Below are positions 49,638-60,042 of a stretch of 64,000 nucleotides of DNA, one piece after another. Under the pieces are notes generated by a model. That model had not been told where the DNA came from and did not search any database. It worked only from the letters and a program-made list of their open reading frames with translations. The position numbers and the translations under genes are program-made. The number at the start of each line of letters is the position of its first letter. Within the stretch, counting starts at the first letter, position 1. The DNA lies in NCBI GenBank assembly GCA_963771885.1, contig CAVYVF010000002.1:32001-96000 (forward strand). Direction: 5' to 3'. This DNA comes from Candidatus Bathyarchaeota archaeon. Its GTDB lineage: Archaea > Thermoproteota > Bathyarchaeia > TCS64.

Positions 49638-51071
49638 ATGGTCGACACGATTGTGGAGTGGGTCCTCGTTGTACTCTACTTCACCTTCACACTCCTGCTC
49701 ATCCCCTATGGCTACAACTGCTTCTACATGGTCTACTTCTCCCAAAAGTACAAGCCTCCTCGCTATGAGGCTGTGAAGAACCACGCTTTCGTGACCGTCC
49801 AGCTCCCTGTCTACAACGAGAAGAACGTCGTGGAGAGGCTGATCAACTCCGTTTGCGAAATGGAGTGGCCACGGAATCGGCTAGAGATATTCGTCCTAGA
49901 CGACAGCACTGACGAGACTAACGGACTCGTCGATGTGGAGATTGAGAAGCAGCGCGCTCGCGGCATCGACATCAGGGCGATACGCAGGGGGAATCGCGAG
50001 GGCTACAAGGCGGGTGCCCTGCAGAACGCCCTACAGCAGACGCGGGGCAAGTACATCGCAATAATTGACGCAGACTTCACGCCCCCCCGCGACTTCCTCG
50101 AGAGGACTGTCGCGGCAATGGATGCTGACCCCGAGCTCGGCTTTGTGCAGGCTCGCTGGGACCACATAAACAGGTCGTACAGTATGTACACGGAGGCCTT
50201 CAGCCTCGCCATAGATGGCTACCACGTCGTGGAGCAGTCGGCGAGGAGTGCCTCGGGGCTCCTCCTCAACTTCAACGGCTCCGCTGGGTTGCTGCGAGTC
50301 GACGCCATCAATGACGTCGGGGGATGGAGCTGGGACACGCTAAGCGAGGACATGGATCTCAGTTACCAGATGCAGCTTAAAGGGTGGAAGAGCCTCTACC
50401 TGCGAGACCTCACGGTCAAGGGTGAGATACCCCCGACGATGTCCGCCTTCAGAACCCAGCAGGGGAGATGGGCGCGTGGCAGCGTCCAGTGCGCTAAGAA
50501 GCTCCTCTCCCCCCTCTGGCTAAGTGACAAGACCCCCCTGCAAAAAGTCGAGTCGACGCTCCACCTCACCTATTATATGGTGAGCCTCTGGATGTTCCTC
50601 TGTCTCGTCGTCACCGTTCCCCTACTCGCACTGAACAAGTTCCCATACGTCACCGCGCCTTGGTACGTGGGATTGTTGAGCCTCTGCACGGTAAGCAGCT
50701 TCGCCCTCTACTACTCCGCGATAAGGGGACAGGGATTCAGCCTGAGGAAGAAGCTACCATACATCGGGCTCCTCGCGCTCATAGGCTACGGTATTTCCGC
50801 GAAGGTTTCTGTCGAGATGCTTAGAGGCCTTCTGAAAAAGGGAGGCAATTACCAGAGGGTCCCAAAGTTCAACATAGTCAAGAAGGGTGACCGCGTCGAC
50901 ATCTCCTACAACACACTACGCGAGTTACCGTGGCTGGAGATGGTTATGCTCGTCTACACTGCCTTAGGGATAATGTTCGCCTTCATGAACAGCAGCTGGG
51001 GAATAATGTTATACCTCTTCATCTACTTCATGGGCTACTTCGCCATCGCCTACAGCATCTCGCCCCTTTGA
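49638..51071 (+). CDS. processive membrane GT2 glycosyltransferase (CesA/CslA-like)
   Basis: QLPVYNE, LDDSTD, KAGAL, DADF, SED, QQGRW (D,D,D,QxxRW); TM helices. Confidence 0.92.
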   Translation: MVDTIVEWVLVVLYFTFTLLLIPYGYNCFYMVYFSQKYKPPRYEAVKNHAFVTVQLPVYNEKNVVERLINSVCEMEWPRNRLEIFVLDDSTDETNGLVDVEIEKQRARGIDIRAIRRGNREGYKAGALQNALQQTRGKYIAIIDADFTPPRDFLERTVAAMDADPELGFVQARWDHINRSYSMYTEAFSLAIDGYHVVEQSARSASGLLLNFNGSAGLLRVDAINDVGGWSWDTLSEDMDLSYQMQLKGWKSLYLRDLTVKGEIPPTMSAFRTQQGRWARGSVQCAKKLLSPLWLSDKTPLQKVESTLHLTYYMVSLWMFLCLVVTVPLLALNKFPYVTAPWYVGLLSLCTVSSFALYYSAIRGQGFSLRKKLPYIGLLALIGYGISAKVSVEMLRGLLKKGGNYQRVPKFNIVKKGDRVDISYNTLRELPWLEMVMLVYTALGIMFAFMNSSWGIMLYLFIYFMGYFAIAYSISPL

Positions 51072-51138
51072 GTAAAGATAATATTAAAATGAAGTCTATT
51101 TAGATAAATGTTATATTGCGGGTCATATAGATTAATAC

Positions 51139-51575
51139 ATGGGAGAGACGATTAGGTACTCTTTATCTGATTATCTCAGACAATATAGAAAATCCGGAAC
51201 AAGGAAAATATATTTCGTACATGCGAAAAACTTCTTCAACCAATTATATCCAGAACTAAAAGATAACACAGATAGACTAGATGAAATGAGCCTCATCTAT
51301 GTCACCAAACAACATGACTACAAAAACGACCTGATAAACTATCGCGACAGCAACGAGAGACCACGCCCAAAACGGTCCAATTAAAACTACAAGCTATACT
51401 TAACTTTCTACACTATAACGACATTACACTCCCCTATTCCTTCAGGAAAAATCTCATAGGGGACGCGGAAACCATCTCTGAGGAACACCTACCTACACCA
51501 CTTGAGCTGAGAAGGATATGCGAGTTCCTTCCGCTAGGGGCAAAGGCTCTCACGTTTTTCTTAGCTCATCTGCGT
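51139..51575 (+). pseudogene. truncated, frameshifted tyrosine recombinase/integrase
   Basis: AT-rich. After a frameshift near 51350 it reads TPKTVQLKLQAILNFLHYN...HLPTPLELRRICEFLPLGAKALTFFLA and breaks off at the expected LASSGxR box. Confidence 0.65.
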
Positions 51576-51646
51576 CGTATGGTGAGAGTAAAGATAATAT
51601 ACCCCGAGCCGTATAGCTTCAGAGCCCGTTAGAAAGGTGGATCGAT

Positions 51647-51820
51647 ATGTCTCTACGTGACCCGTTTAAAATAGAACTAAGCCGCGAGGCAAACCTAGTC
51701 AAGACAGTCTGCAGGCAGTGCGGCGCCACCAACTCCAAGGCAGCGGTAAAATGCCGAAAGTGCCATAGCAAGAACCTCCGCCCCAAGCGGACGAAGAGCA
51801 GAGGCCGCTCAGGTGGATAA
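51647..51820 (+). CDS. rpl40e: 50S ribosomal protein L40e (57 aa; not in ORF track)
   Basis: Manual translation [57 protein letters not shown]. Confidence 0.92.
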   Translation: MSLRDPFKIELSREANLVKTVCRQCGATNSKAAVKCRKCHSKNLRPKRTKSRGRSGG

Positions 51821-51856
51821 AAACCGCTAACTTCTGGATATATCGCGCGTATCCCA

Positions 51857-54568
51857 TCACTTCTTCGACTTAACTTGTTTAATCAGAACACGCGGCACAG
51901 AGGAAGGCGCTCATTGCAGATACGATGCATAGGAGCAGTGCCCAAGCGTCAAGGGCGACACCTTGAAGATGTCCTCAAGTGGCGCCCAGTAGACGACCAT
52001 GAGTTGGAGAAGCATCGACGCGACAGTCGCTACGAAGAGCATCCTGTTACCCGTCAGCCCCTTCCACCCCTGGCTGAAGAGGTGTTTATCGTCAGACCTC
52101 ACCATATAGGCTAGGAATAGCTCGAAGAAGACGATGGTCGTCAGCGCCGCAGACCTAGCCACGGCTACATCACCTGTCTCGTTGTAGACGAGGTAGTATG
52201 TGATGAAGTCCGCGGCGAAGGCTATGAAGGCCGCGGTTATTATGAAGAGCCAGTACCTCGAGAGGAGCCCCTCCTTTGGGTTACGGGGCGGGCGCCTCAT
52301 GAGCCCCTCCTCGGCGGGGTCGACGCTGAGCGCGACGGCGGGAAGACCGTCTGTGACTAGGTTGACCCAGAGGACGTGTATGGGTAGGAAGGGGAGCGGC
52401 AGCCCCATCGAGATGGAGACGAGTATCATGAGGAACTCGTCAAAGTTGGCGGATAGCATCAGCCTAACGTACTTGCTTATATTGGCGTAGATGGTTCGCC
52501 CGCCCTCGACGGCGCGGACGATGGTGGCGTAGTTGTCGTCTTCGAGGACCATGTCGGAGGCCTCGCGTGTCACGTCGGCTCCCTTTATCCCCATGGCGAC
52601 TCCTATGTCGGCGGCTTTCACGGCAGGGGCGTCGTTTACGCCGTCGCCCGTCATGGCGACGATGTCCCCATTCCTCCTGAGCGCAGAGGCTATCCTCATC
52701 TTGTGCTCGGGGGAGACGCGAGCGCATACCCTGAGGCTCTCCACGAGCCTGTCGAGGTCGGCGTCACTGAGCTTTTCAATCTCAAAGCCCTCGGCGACTG
52801 TCACCTCACTAATCTCTTCGAGTATGCCGACCTGCTTTGCGACGGCGACCGCGGTTATCTTATGGTCCCCTGTCAGCATCATCGTCCTTATCCCGGCTTG
52901 GGTGGCGACGCGTATCGCCTCCTTGACCTCCTCGCGTGGTGGGTCGATCATGCCGGCGAGTCCGACGAAGGTCAGCCCCTTCTCCGCATCCTTTAATCCA
53001 ACCTCGTCGTTGCCCTGAGGGAGCTTCCTGTAGGCGAGCCCGATGACGCGGAGCGCCTCGTTTGCCCACCTCTTCATGGTGGCGTCATACTCAGCCCTGT
53101 CGTCTTTTGTGATCTCTTTCTCACGGCCCGCGTCGAAGATAGAGACGCTGTCATCGAGCATCTCCTCAGGGGCTCCCTTGACGTAGGAGACGCGTGTCCC
53201 GTCCTCGAGCCGGTAGATCGTGCTCATGCGTTTTCTGCCCGAGTCGAATGAGTTCTCCTGTAGGAGCGTCTCCTTCAGTGCGGATATGGCAAAGCCCGCC
53301 TTCGTGGCGGTGACTAAGAGTGCACCGTCTGTCGGGTCGCCGTGGATGCTCCATATGCCGTCATGCTCGTTGAGGGTTGAGCTGTTTGAGAGAGCCCCGA
53401 TCTTCAGCGCGAGCGCGAGTCCCTTGTCTTCGAGCGGCTTGATTGTTGAGCCGGCCTCACTGAAGTCTCCTCTCGGCTCGTAGCCTGCGCCGCTGATCTC
53501 CAACTCCCTCCCCCTCAGGGCGAGCTTAGTGACTGTCATCTCGTTCTTGGTAATTGTGCCCGTCTTATCGGTGCAGATCACCGTGGTGCTGCCGAGTGTC
53601 TCGACGGAGGCGAGGCGTCTTACTATTGCCTTCTGTTTCGCCATCGCTGAGACGCCGAGGGCGAGAGTGATCGTGAGGACGGCGGGCAGCCCTTCGGGTA
53701 TCGCTGAGACTGCGAGGCTGATGCTTGTCATGAGCGTCTCCTCGAGGGGGGTGCTGTAGAAGACGACGCCGACGATGAAAACCCAGGCACAGAGGGCGAG
53801 GCTGATACCTCCAAGTTGGCGCCCGAGGACCTCGAGCTTGTGCTTTAAGGGTGGCTCGTCCGAGTCGATAGTCGTGACCATTTCGGCGATCCCACCGAAG
53901 ACCGTGGACATCCCTGTCGTGGTGACGACGGCGTGTACGCGGCCACCTGTAACGCTGGTGCCCATGAAGAGCATATTCGACTTATCCTCAGCGCCTTCGG
54001 GGAGCGTCGCCGTCTTCTTCGAGACGGGCATCGACTCGCCCGTGAGGATAGCTTCGTCGATCTCTAGGCTGAACTCCTCGAAGATGCGCGCATCCGCCGG
54101 TACCCTTTCTCCTGCCTGAAGGACTATGACGTCTCCGGGCACTACCTCCGAGGAGTCGATCTCCTCCTCAAATCCTCCCCGGATGACGAAGACCTTGGGT
54201 GAGACCATCTTTTTCAGTGCCTCGACCGCCTTCTCCGCCCGATACTCCTGCACGAAGCCGAGGACAGCGTTCAGGACGAGAATGGTGACGATGACATACG
54301 AGTCTGTCAGGGGCTCCCCCTCGACGACGGCGAGGTAACCCGAGACGGCCGCCGCGATGGCGAGTATGACGACGAGTACGCTCTTGAACTGGCCTAAGAA
54401 GATGGATAAGGGAGATATCTTGTGCTTCTCCGTCAGCACGTTTGGCCCGTATATGCCGAGACGCTTCTTCGCCTCGTCGGGTGCCAGGCCTTCTTTGCCA
54501 GTTTCGAGTTTCTTGAAAACGTCCTCTACATTAAGCGTGTGCCAGGGTGTTTTCGTTTTGTCTGCCAA
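51857..54568 (-). CDS. P2A-type cation (Ca2+)-transporting P-type ATPase (frameshifts near 51940 and 51900)
   Basis: TGES, PEGL, CTDKTGT, KGAPE, DPPR, TGD, MTGDGVNDAPA; last TM helix recoverable in shifted frames. Confidence 0.93.
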
Positions 54569-54825
54569 ATGGTAGACCCACTCAGGTGAAGCTAGAAATG
54601 AACGCAGGGAAAAAGGGGTTTCGGTCTATTCTATAACGACCTTGACGACACTTCTTGGGGTAGTCCAGGCCGCTTTGATGGCGATGATTACGCCCTATAG
54701 TGATATTAGATCCACTTTTTTCGTGATAAATGTTAATCAAACCTTACGCGCCGAATGGGACTAACCAGCGTGAGACTAACAGGGAAGGGGTAAACGTCTT
54801 AACGCCCCTCCCCGGTACCCTATCC

Positions 54826-55599
54826 ATGGTCAGCTTCACGCTCTTCGCCTCGATGCTCGTCGCCGGGCTCCTCGAGATATTCGTGCCCGTCATACTCGGC
54901 CTCCTACTCTGGACGAGGCTGAAGACAAAGTGGGTCTACTTCATCATCGGCGGAGCACTCTGGCTCGTCGCCCTCGTAGTGAGATTGCCTATAAACTCCA
55001 CCTTCTCCCTCTGGCTGGTCGACAACTTCAGCGGCGCCTCACTCATCTACCTCGGCATCGCATTCCCGTCGCTGACGGCGGGGATATTCGAGGAGGGCGC
55101 TAGGTGGCTCGCATTTAGGTTCGCCATCAAGGATCACAGGCTAGAGAACGGGCTGATGTATGGGGCAGGACATGGCGGCGTGGAGGCGATGCTCCTTGTC
55201 GGGATCAACGTCCTCGGCACGGCTATACTCGCCTACTTCTACCCCCAGACATTCACTGAGACTCAGCTCGCGGCAATCGGCGCGACACCCGAGTGGACGG
55301 TCTTCATCGGCGTCTGGGAGCGTCTCGCCGCGATAACGTTCCATATCGCCATGAGTGTCCTCGTCCTTGAGTCCTTCAGGCAGAAGCAGGTGTGGTACGT
55401 CGGCGTCGCGGTTGGCGCCCACTTCTTCCTAAACTTCGCCGCTGCCTACGCTATCCGATGGGGCATAATACAATCCGAACTCGTCGTCACGGCCTTCGCC
55501 GCTGTCTCGGCGTGGTACATCTGGACGACGTGGAAGAACTACAAGGCGGCGCCTGCGCCGCAGGTCCCCGATACGACCATCCCGCCAACTACGGTTTGA
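54826..55599 (+). CDS. YhfC-family glutamic-type intramembrane protease
   Basis: AGIFEEGAR, GAGHGGVEA, ERLAAITFH, AH; multi-TM. Confidence 0.85.
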   Translation: MVSFTLFASMLVAGLLEIFVPVILGLLLWTRLKTKWVYFIIGGALWLVALVVRLPINSTFSLWLVDNFSGASLIYLGIAFPSLTAGIFEEGARWLAFRFAIKDHRLENGLMYGAGHGGVEAMLLVGINVLGTAILAYFYPQTFTETQLAAIGATPEWTVFIGVWERLAAITFHIAMSVLVLESFRQKQVWYVGVAVGAHFFLNFAAAYAIRWGIIQSELVVTAFAAVSAWYIWTTWKNYKAAPAPQVPDTTIPPTTV

Positions 55600-56113
55600 A
55601 GGGCTTACCGCATGTAAGGACAGCGTCCGGGACAATCTTCTGCCACTTCTTCAACCAGGTGAGGTCCTTATCCTCTTCCCTCAGCTCATCCGGCATCAAC
55701 TCGGGTATGCCCTCGACGGCGCTGCCGATGGGGTACCACCTCTTGCACTCGGGGCAGAAGAGAAGCCCCTCGGCGAGCTCCAGGGCATTCATGTAGCTGT
55801 AGAGGGTGTCTAGGTCCTCCGCCTTCTCGGGTTTGCCTCCGAGGAGCTTGAGTGCCTTAGCGTGGAGTGAGGCGACCGCCTTCGACCCCGTGTGGTCGTG
55901 TACAGCCACTATCGCCGGCGGGCTTACTGTGCCGTCCCTAAGCTGCTTCTTGAGGATAATATACCTGTCATCCAGCCCCTTCTTGGGCTTCCCCGCCTCC
56001 GCGACGACCTTTTCGATGTCCTCGGTCTTCGTCTCCCACCTGAAGAAATAGGCTTCTAATGGGTGGTGCTTGTCAATGGGGCAGGCGAGCAAGTTGAGGA
56101 GCCACGGCTTCAA
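55589..56113 (-). CDS. Trm112-like protein with long internal insertion
   Basis: MKPWLLNLLACPIDKHHPL ... EGLLFCPECKRWYPI...IPELMPDELR. Confidence 0.85.
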   Translation of the reverse strand: MKPWLLNLLACPIDKHHPLEAYFFRWETKTEDIEKVVAEAGKPKKGLDDRYIILKKQLRDGTVSPPAIVAVHDHTGSKAVASLHAKALKLLGGKPEKAEDLDTLYSYMNALELAEGLLFCPECKRWYPIGSAVEGIPELMPDELREEDKDLTWLKKWQKIVPDAVLTCGKPFKP

Positions 56114-56156
56114 TGCTGTTCGATGGATCTGGGCACAAACCCAATATATGAGGCTA

Positions 56157-56669
56157 TCAGCGCACCTGGAAAATTTTAAACTTTTTCAGGTTTGGGAAGC
56201 CAGTCTTCACCCACTTGACTCGCCCTCTGGGGTCCTTCTTGACCCAGTCGTACATATGCCAGAAGCTCTTGCCCCACCTCTCTGTTCTGTCCGGCATCGG
56301 CTCGTAGCCGAGGTTGCGTATCTCGTCCGTGTAGGCACCTTCGATGAGCTCTTGTGCCCTTCCCTCGACATGTACACGCTCGATAACGTCCTCGCCGTAC
56401 TTCTCCTTGAGCTTCTCGGCGGAGACATTGAGAATATCCCCCTGGCAGACCTTGATCTTCTCGTTTTGCTTCAAGCCGAGTCTCTCGACGAGTTCGAGGG
56501 TTATATTGGCCGCCTCCTCGTAGTGGACCTTCTCCTCGAATGCTCCCGGCTTGAAGAAGGAGACGTCTATAATGTCATAGAAGAAGGTGTCTGTCTCAGG
56601 CTGGTAGGCGCCGATGACGACCCCCCAGAGGAGGTCGCCGGTCCCGGCGTCGTCTATGAGTATCGTCAA
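56157..56669 (-). CDS. RNase H-like fold hypothetical protein (paralogue 2)
   Basis: LIDDAGTGDLLWGVVIG; shares C(Q/T)G.IL, QEL.E..Y and WV....R...VKTG with 32353-32868. Confidence 0.65.
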   Translation of the reverse strand: MTILIDDAGTGDLLWGVVIGAYQPETDTFFYDIIDVSFFKPGAFEEKVHYEEAANITLELVERLGLKQNEKIKVCQGDILNVSAEKLKEKYGEDVIERVHVEGRAQELIEGAYTDEIRNLGYEPMPDRTERWGKSFWHMYDWVKKDPRGRVKWVKTGFPNLKKFKIFQVR

Positions 56670-56670
56670 G

Positions 56671-57937
56671 CTACTGACCTTTGAGTTTGGCGACTATCTC
56701 TTGCGCCTTGGGGAAGCGTATCTGGCCGGACTCGACGAGCTGCTTCACTGCCTCGTCCATCATCTCGGGCGTTGCGCCGGCCATCACGACGAGGTTCCGG
56801 GCGTGTAGCCTCATGTGGCCCTGCTGTATGCCCTCCTGGGTGAGGGCGCGTAAGGCGCCGAGGTTCTGAGCTAGCCCCACGGCGACCATCGCCTCTCCGA
56901 GCTCTTGCGCCTTTGTGCAGCCGAGTATTTTGACGGCTATCTGCGCCATTGGGTGGCTCTTAGTGGCGCCGCCTACTAGGCCGACGGCCATCGGCATCTC
57001 CAACTCGCCGACGAGGTCCCCGTCCTTGTTCTTACTCCACTTGCTGAGACTGCGGTACCTACCTGTCTTGGCGGCGTACGCGTGTGCTCCCGCCTCTATT
57101 GCGCGGTGGTCCTGCGCGAAGGCTAAGGCGACGGCGATTGTGCCGTTCATTATACCCTTGTTGTGGGTCGATGCCCTGTAGGGATCGGCGTCAGCGAAGG
57201 CCCACGCCTTGACGATCCTGTCCACCTTGTCCTCGCCGCCTATGTCCTCCTTCTTAATGACCGCCTCCGCCTTACAGGTGCGCCTATCGGCGAGGTTGCT
57301 GATGATGCGTAGTAGTGACTTGCCGCCTGTCAGCTCGGCTAGCATGGGGGCTAGTGTCTCGGCCATTGTGTTTACGGCGTTTGCGCCCATGGCGTCGCGG
57401 CAATCGACTAATAGGTGGCAGATGAGCATGGGTCCCGCGGGCGTTTCCAGCGGGCGTAGCTCTAGGTCCTTGGCGCCTCCGCCGAACTTGACGAGTACTG
57501 GGTCGACCTCGTTCGCCATGTCGAGTATCTTCTGCTTCCTCTCCATGAGGGTTGCGATGGCCTTCTTCATGTCTGGGATGTCGGTGAGTTGTATCTGCCC
57601 GATCATGATGGGCGGGCTACTGGTGACCTTGATGCCTGGGCCGTTCCTCATTATCCGCGCCATGTTGCTGGCCGCGGCGACGACGCTGGGCTCCTCTCCT
57701 GCCATGGGGATGAGCAGGTCCTTACCGTTTAGCATGAAGTTGACTGCGACGCTGAAGGGGTACGCTATTGTGCCGACGACGTTCTCCGTCATGTGGTCGG
57801 CCTGGTCGATCATGCAAGCCGCCGCCGGATTTGAGGGTCTTAACCTCGTCCGAGGTTAGGCCGACCTGCTCGGCGACTATCTTCACCCTCTCGTCTACCG
57901 GCATCTTGTAGAATCCTGAAATCCTGCTTGATACCAT
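56671..57937 (-). CDS. mvaA: class II (bacterial-type) HMG-CoA reductase (one extra base near 57814)
   Basis: SRISGFYK, ENVVG, EEPSVVAAAS, DAMGAN, THNKGIMNG, GLAQN, GHMRLH. Confidence 0.92.
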
Positions 57938-57988
57938 GCCTTTCACTCTTCTTTGCAGTAGCTTCCACGACCACTGATAAAAGGTAGG

Positions 57989-58012
57989 CGATGGGGGTCG
58001 ATTCCCCCATCG
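57989..58012. terminator. GC-rich hairpin between the dehydrogenase and HMG-CoA reductase genes
   Basis: CGATGGGGG-TCGATT-CCCCCATCG perfect 9-bp stem ~15 nt downstream of the stop of 58028-59209. Confidence 0.4.
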
Positions 58013-58027
58013 ACAACTGTCTAAGGG

Positions 58028-59209
58028 CTAGTTGAAGGGGCTCTCGAAGCTCTCGGTTATCTTAATGCCGCGCTTCGCCATCTCAGCGAAGAATGTGTCG
58101 CTGAGTTTCTCGTCGTAACCGATCTTCGCCGGGTGAATGACGCCTGGCGTATCCATCTGACCCTTAGCTATCATCTGGGCGACGATGCTGCACGGGAAGG
58201 CGGTGGTCTTCGCCATCGCGGAGAGGTCAGCCTTGAAGTCCTGGAACTCGACGAACTCATATGTGTACTTCGCCTTTGCTCCGTCTTTCTTGCCCTCCAC
58301 GATTACGCGTTGGCAGATGGCATCCCCCTCATCGGGCTCGTACTGGAGGTACTTGTTGCCCCACGCCTCGAAGAAGTCCATCGGACTGATCTCGGTGCCT
58401 TTGACCTTCATGGGCTCTTTGTCAAGGAAGTGGAGGTCCTTGAGCTTGTTCCACATGTCGCAGTGGCCGGGCCATCTGATCGTCTGCCCGTAGGCGTCCC
58501 TCACACCCTTGAGACCGAGGTGGTTGACCACGTCCATGAGGCCGCTGTTTGTGAAAGCCTCAAGGTGGCCGAGAGGCTCGGGGAAGTCGATGGGAGAGGG
58601 GTCGCTGAGGACCTTGACCTCGACCGTCTTACCGTTCCGTAGTATCTTGCATGTGCCGACGCTGCCGCCGATCGCGAAAAGCCAGCTCCAACTGATCTTG
58701 TAGTTGATCGGGTTGTAGTAGCCGGGTGTTCCCTTCTGTGGGAAACCGCCGCAGGCGACGTAGAGCTTCTCGACGCTGTCGAGCTTCCGGGCGCCGACTC
58801 CGAGTAGGACTCGGTCTGTGCCCACATCGAGCCCGATGTGTGGGACGACAGTGACGCCAGCGTTCGCTGCGGCATCGTTCATCGAGAATACAGTGTTGAA
58901 GTCAGCAGCGATATCAGCCCAACTGACTCCCGCCTCGATGGTGGCGCTGATTGCCTGGTCGCAGAACGTCCTCGGGATCGCGGCAGCAACGATATCAAAG
59001 CCTTTGATGAGCTTGACAGTCGCCTTCTTGTCGGTGACATCGAGCTTCTCGGCGCCCTTGACCTTTTCGCTACCGATCCTCTTCACCGTCGCCTTCGCCG
59101 CCTCGACGTTAGCGTCCGCGGCGACTATCTCATCAACCTCCTTCTGGGTCGTTAGGTCCTTTAGGAGACCGTAGCCCATCTTGCCCGTTCCTAGGACGAG
59201 TACCTTCAT
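58028..59209 (-). CDS. saccharopine dehydrogenase-like / lysine 6-dehydrogenase
   Basis: MKVLVLGTGKMG, CGGFPQ, YKISWS, TIRWPGH, SAMAKTTAFP. Confidence 0.85.
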   Translation of the reverse strand: MKVLVLGTGKMGYGLLKDLTTQKEVDEIVAADANVEAAKATVKRIGSEKVKGAEKLDVTDKKATVKLIKGFDIVAAAIPRTFCDQAISATIEAGVSWADIAADFNTVFSMNDAAANAGVTVVPHIGLDVGTDRVLLGVGARKLDSVEKLYVACGGFPQKGTPGYYNPINYKISWSWLFAIGGSVGTCKILRNGKTVEVKVLSDPSPIDFPEPLGHLEAFTNSGLMDVVNHLGLKGVRDAYGQTIRWPGHCDMWNKLKDLHFLDKEPMKVKGTEISPMDFFEAWGNKYLQYEPDEGDAICQRVIVEGKKDGAKAKYTYEFVEFQDFKADLSAMAKTTAFPCSIVAQMIAKGQMDTPGVIHPAKIGYDEKLSDTFFAEMAKRGIKITESFESPFN

Positions 59210-59251
59210 TTATTATCCCGAGTAGGGGGACACGGGTTGTGGATAAAACTC

Positions 59252-60022
59252 CTACTGTTTAGCCGGTTGCCGGTCGACCTCCCAGCTGTCCCTGTCCATG
59301 TCGTGGACAAAGGAGACGAGGTGGTCGACGAGGGCGTCCCACATCAGTATACCCTTCTCTGACGTTGCCTTCGTGGGATCGCCGGTCACGCCGTAGGGGG
59401 CGACCTCGTGGAAGAGCCACTTGACCTGCACGTGCTCGGGGAGGACGGGTATGTGGCCTCTCGCCCTGCTCATGTTAACGAGCTCCGGGGCGACCCTCAG
59501 CATCATACTCGTTTCACCCTCGCCTGCATGGCCGAGGCCTCCCCACGCCTCGAATGTGCCTTCTGGGAGGAGCTTCGGTGCTGTCTCCCACCAAGCTTCA
59601 AGGGCTGCTATCTTCATCTCGGGGTGCTCTATACGGAATTCTCGCCCTGCTGCCTCGATTGCTGGGATGTTGCCGTCGTGGCCGTTTATTATGAGCAGCC
59701 TTTTCATGCCATGCATGTCGAGGGAGGCAAAGATCTGCTTGAGCACCCTAGTCAATGTCTCTATATCTAGCGTCAGTACCATGGGGAAATGCGCGTAGTG
59801 GTTGCTCACGCCATAAGGTAGCAGGGGAAGCTTCACCATCCCCTCGACCCTGTCCGTCACCGCCGCGGCGAGGCTGTCCGCGACCAGCGAATCAGTACCG
59901 AGCGGTAGGTGCTCGCCGTGGTACTCGGTTGAACCTATTGGAAGAATTGCCTTGTCGTAGAAAGCCTCATTCAACTTGTACCCAGTCATTCTGAGTAACT
60001 CGTTATCTGTCAAGCCTATCAT
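59252..60022 (-). CDS. creatininase family protein (second copy)
   Basis: PIGSTEYHGEHLPLGTD, INGHDGN, HAGEGETS, GVTGDP.KAT.EKG. Confidence 0.9.
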   Translation of the reverse strand: MIGLTDNELLRMTGYKLNEAFYDKAILPIGSTEYHGEHLPLGTDSLVADSLAAAVTDRVEGMVKLPLLPYGVSNHYAHFPMVLTLDIETLTRVLKQIFASLDMHGMKRLLIINGHDGNIPAIEAAGREFRIEHPEMKIAALEAWWETAPKLLPEGTFEAWGGLGHAGEGETSMMLRVAPELVNMSRARGHIPVLPEHVQVKWLFHEVAPYGVTGDPTKATSEKGILMWDALVDHLVSFVHDMDRDSWEVDRQPAKQ

Positions 60023-60042
60023 TTACGAATGGGGATTCTGGA

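Noticed and set aside
57989..58012. GGGGGTCGATTCCCCC resembling a tRNA T-arm
   Set aside because: Isolated hairpin without a cloverleaf; kept only as a possible terminator or processing stem
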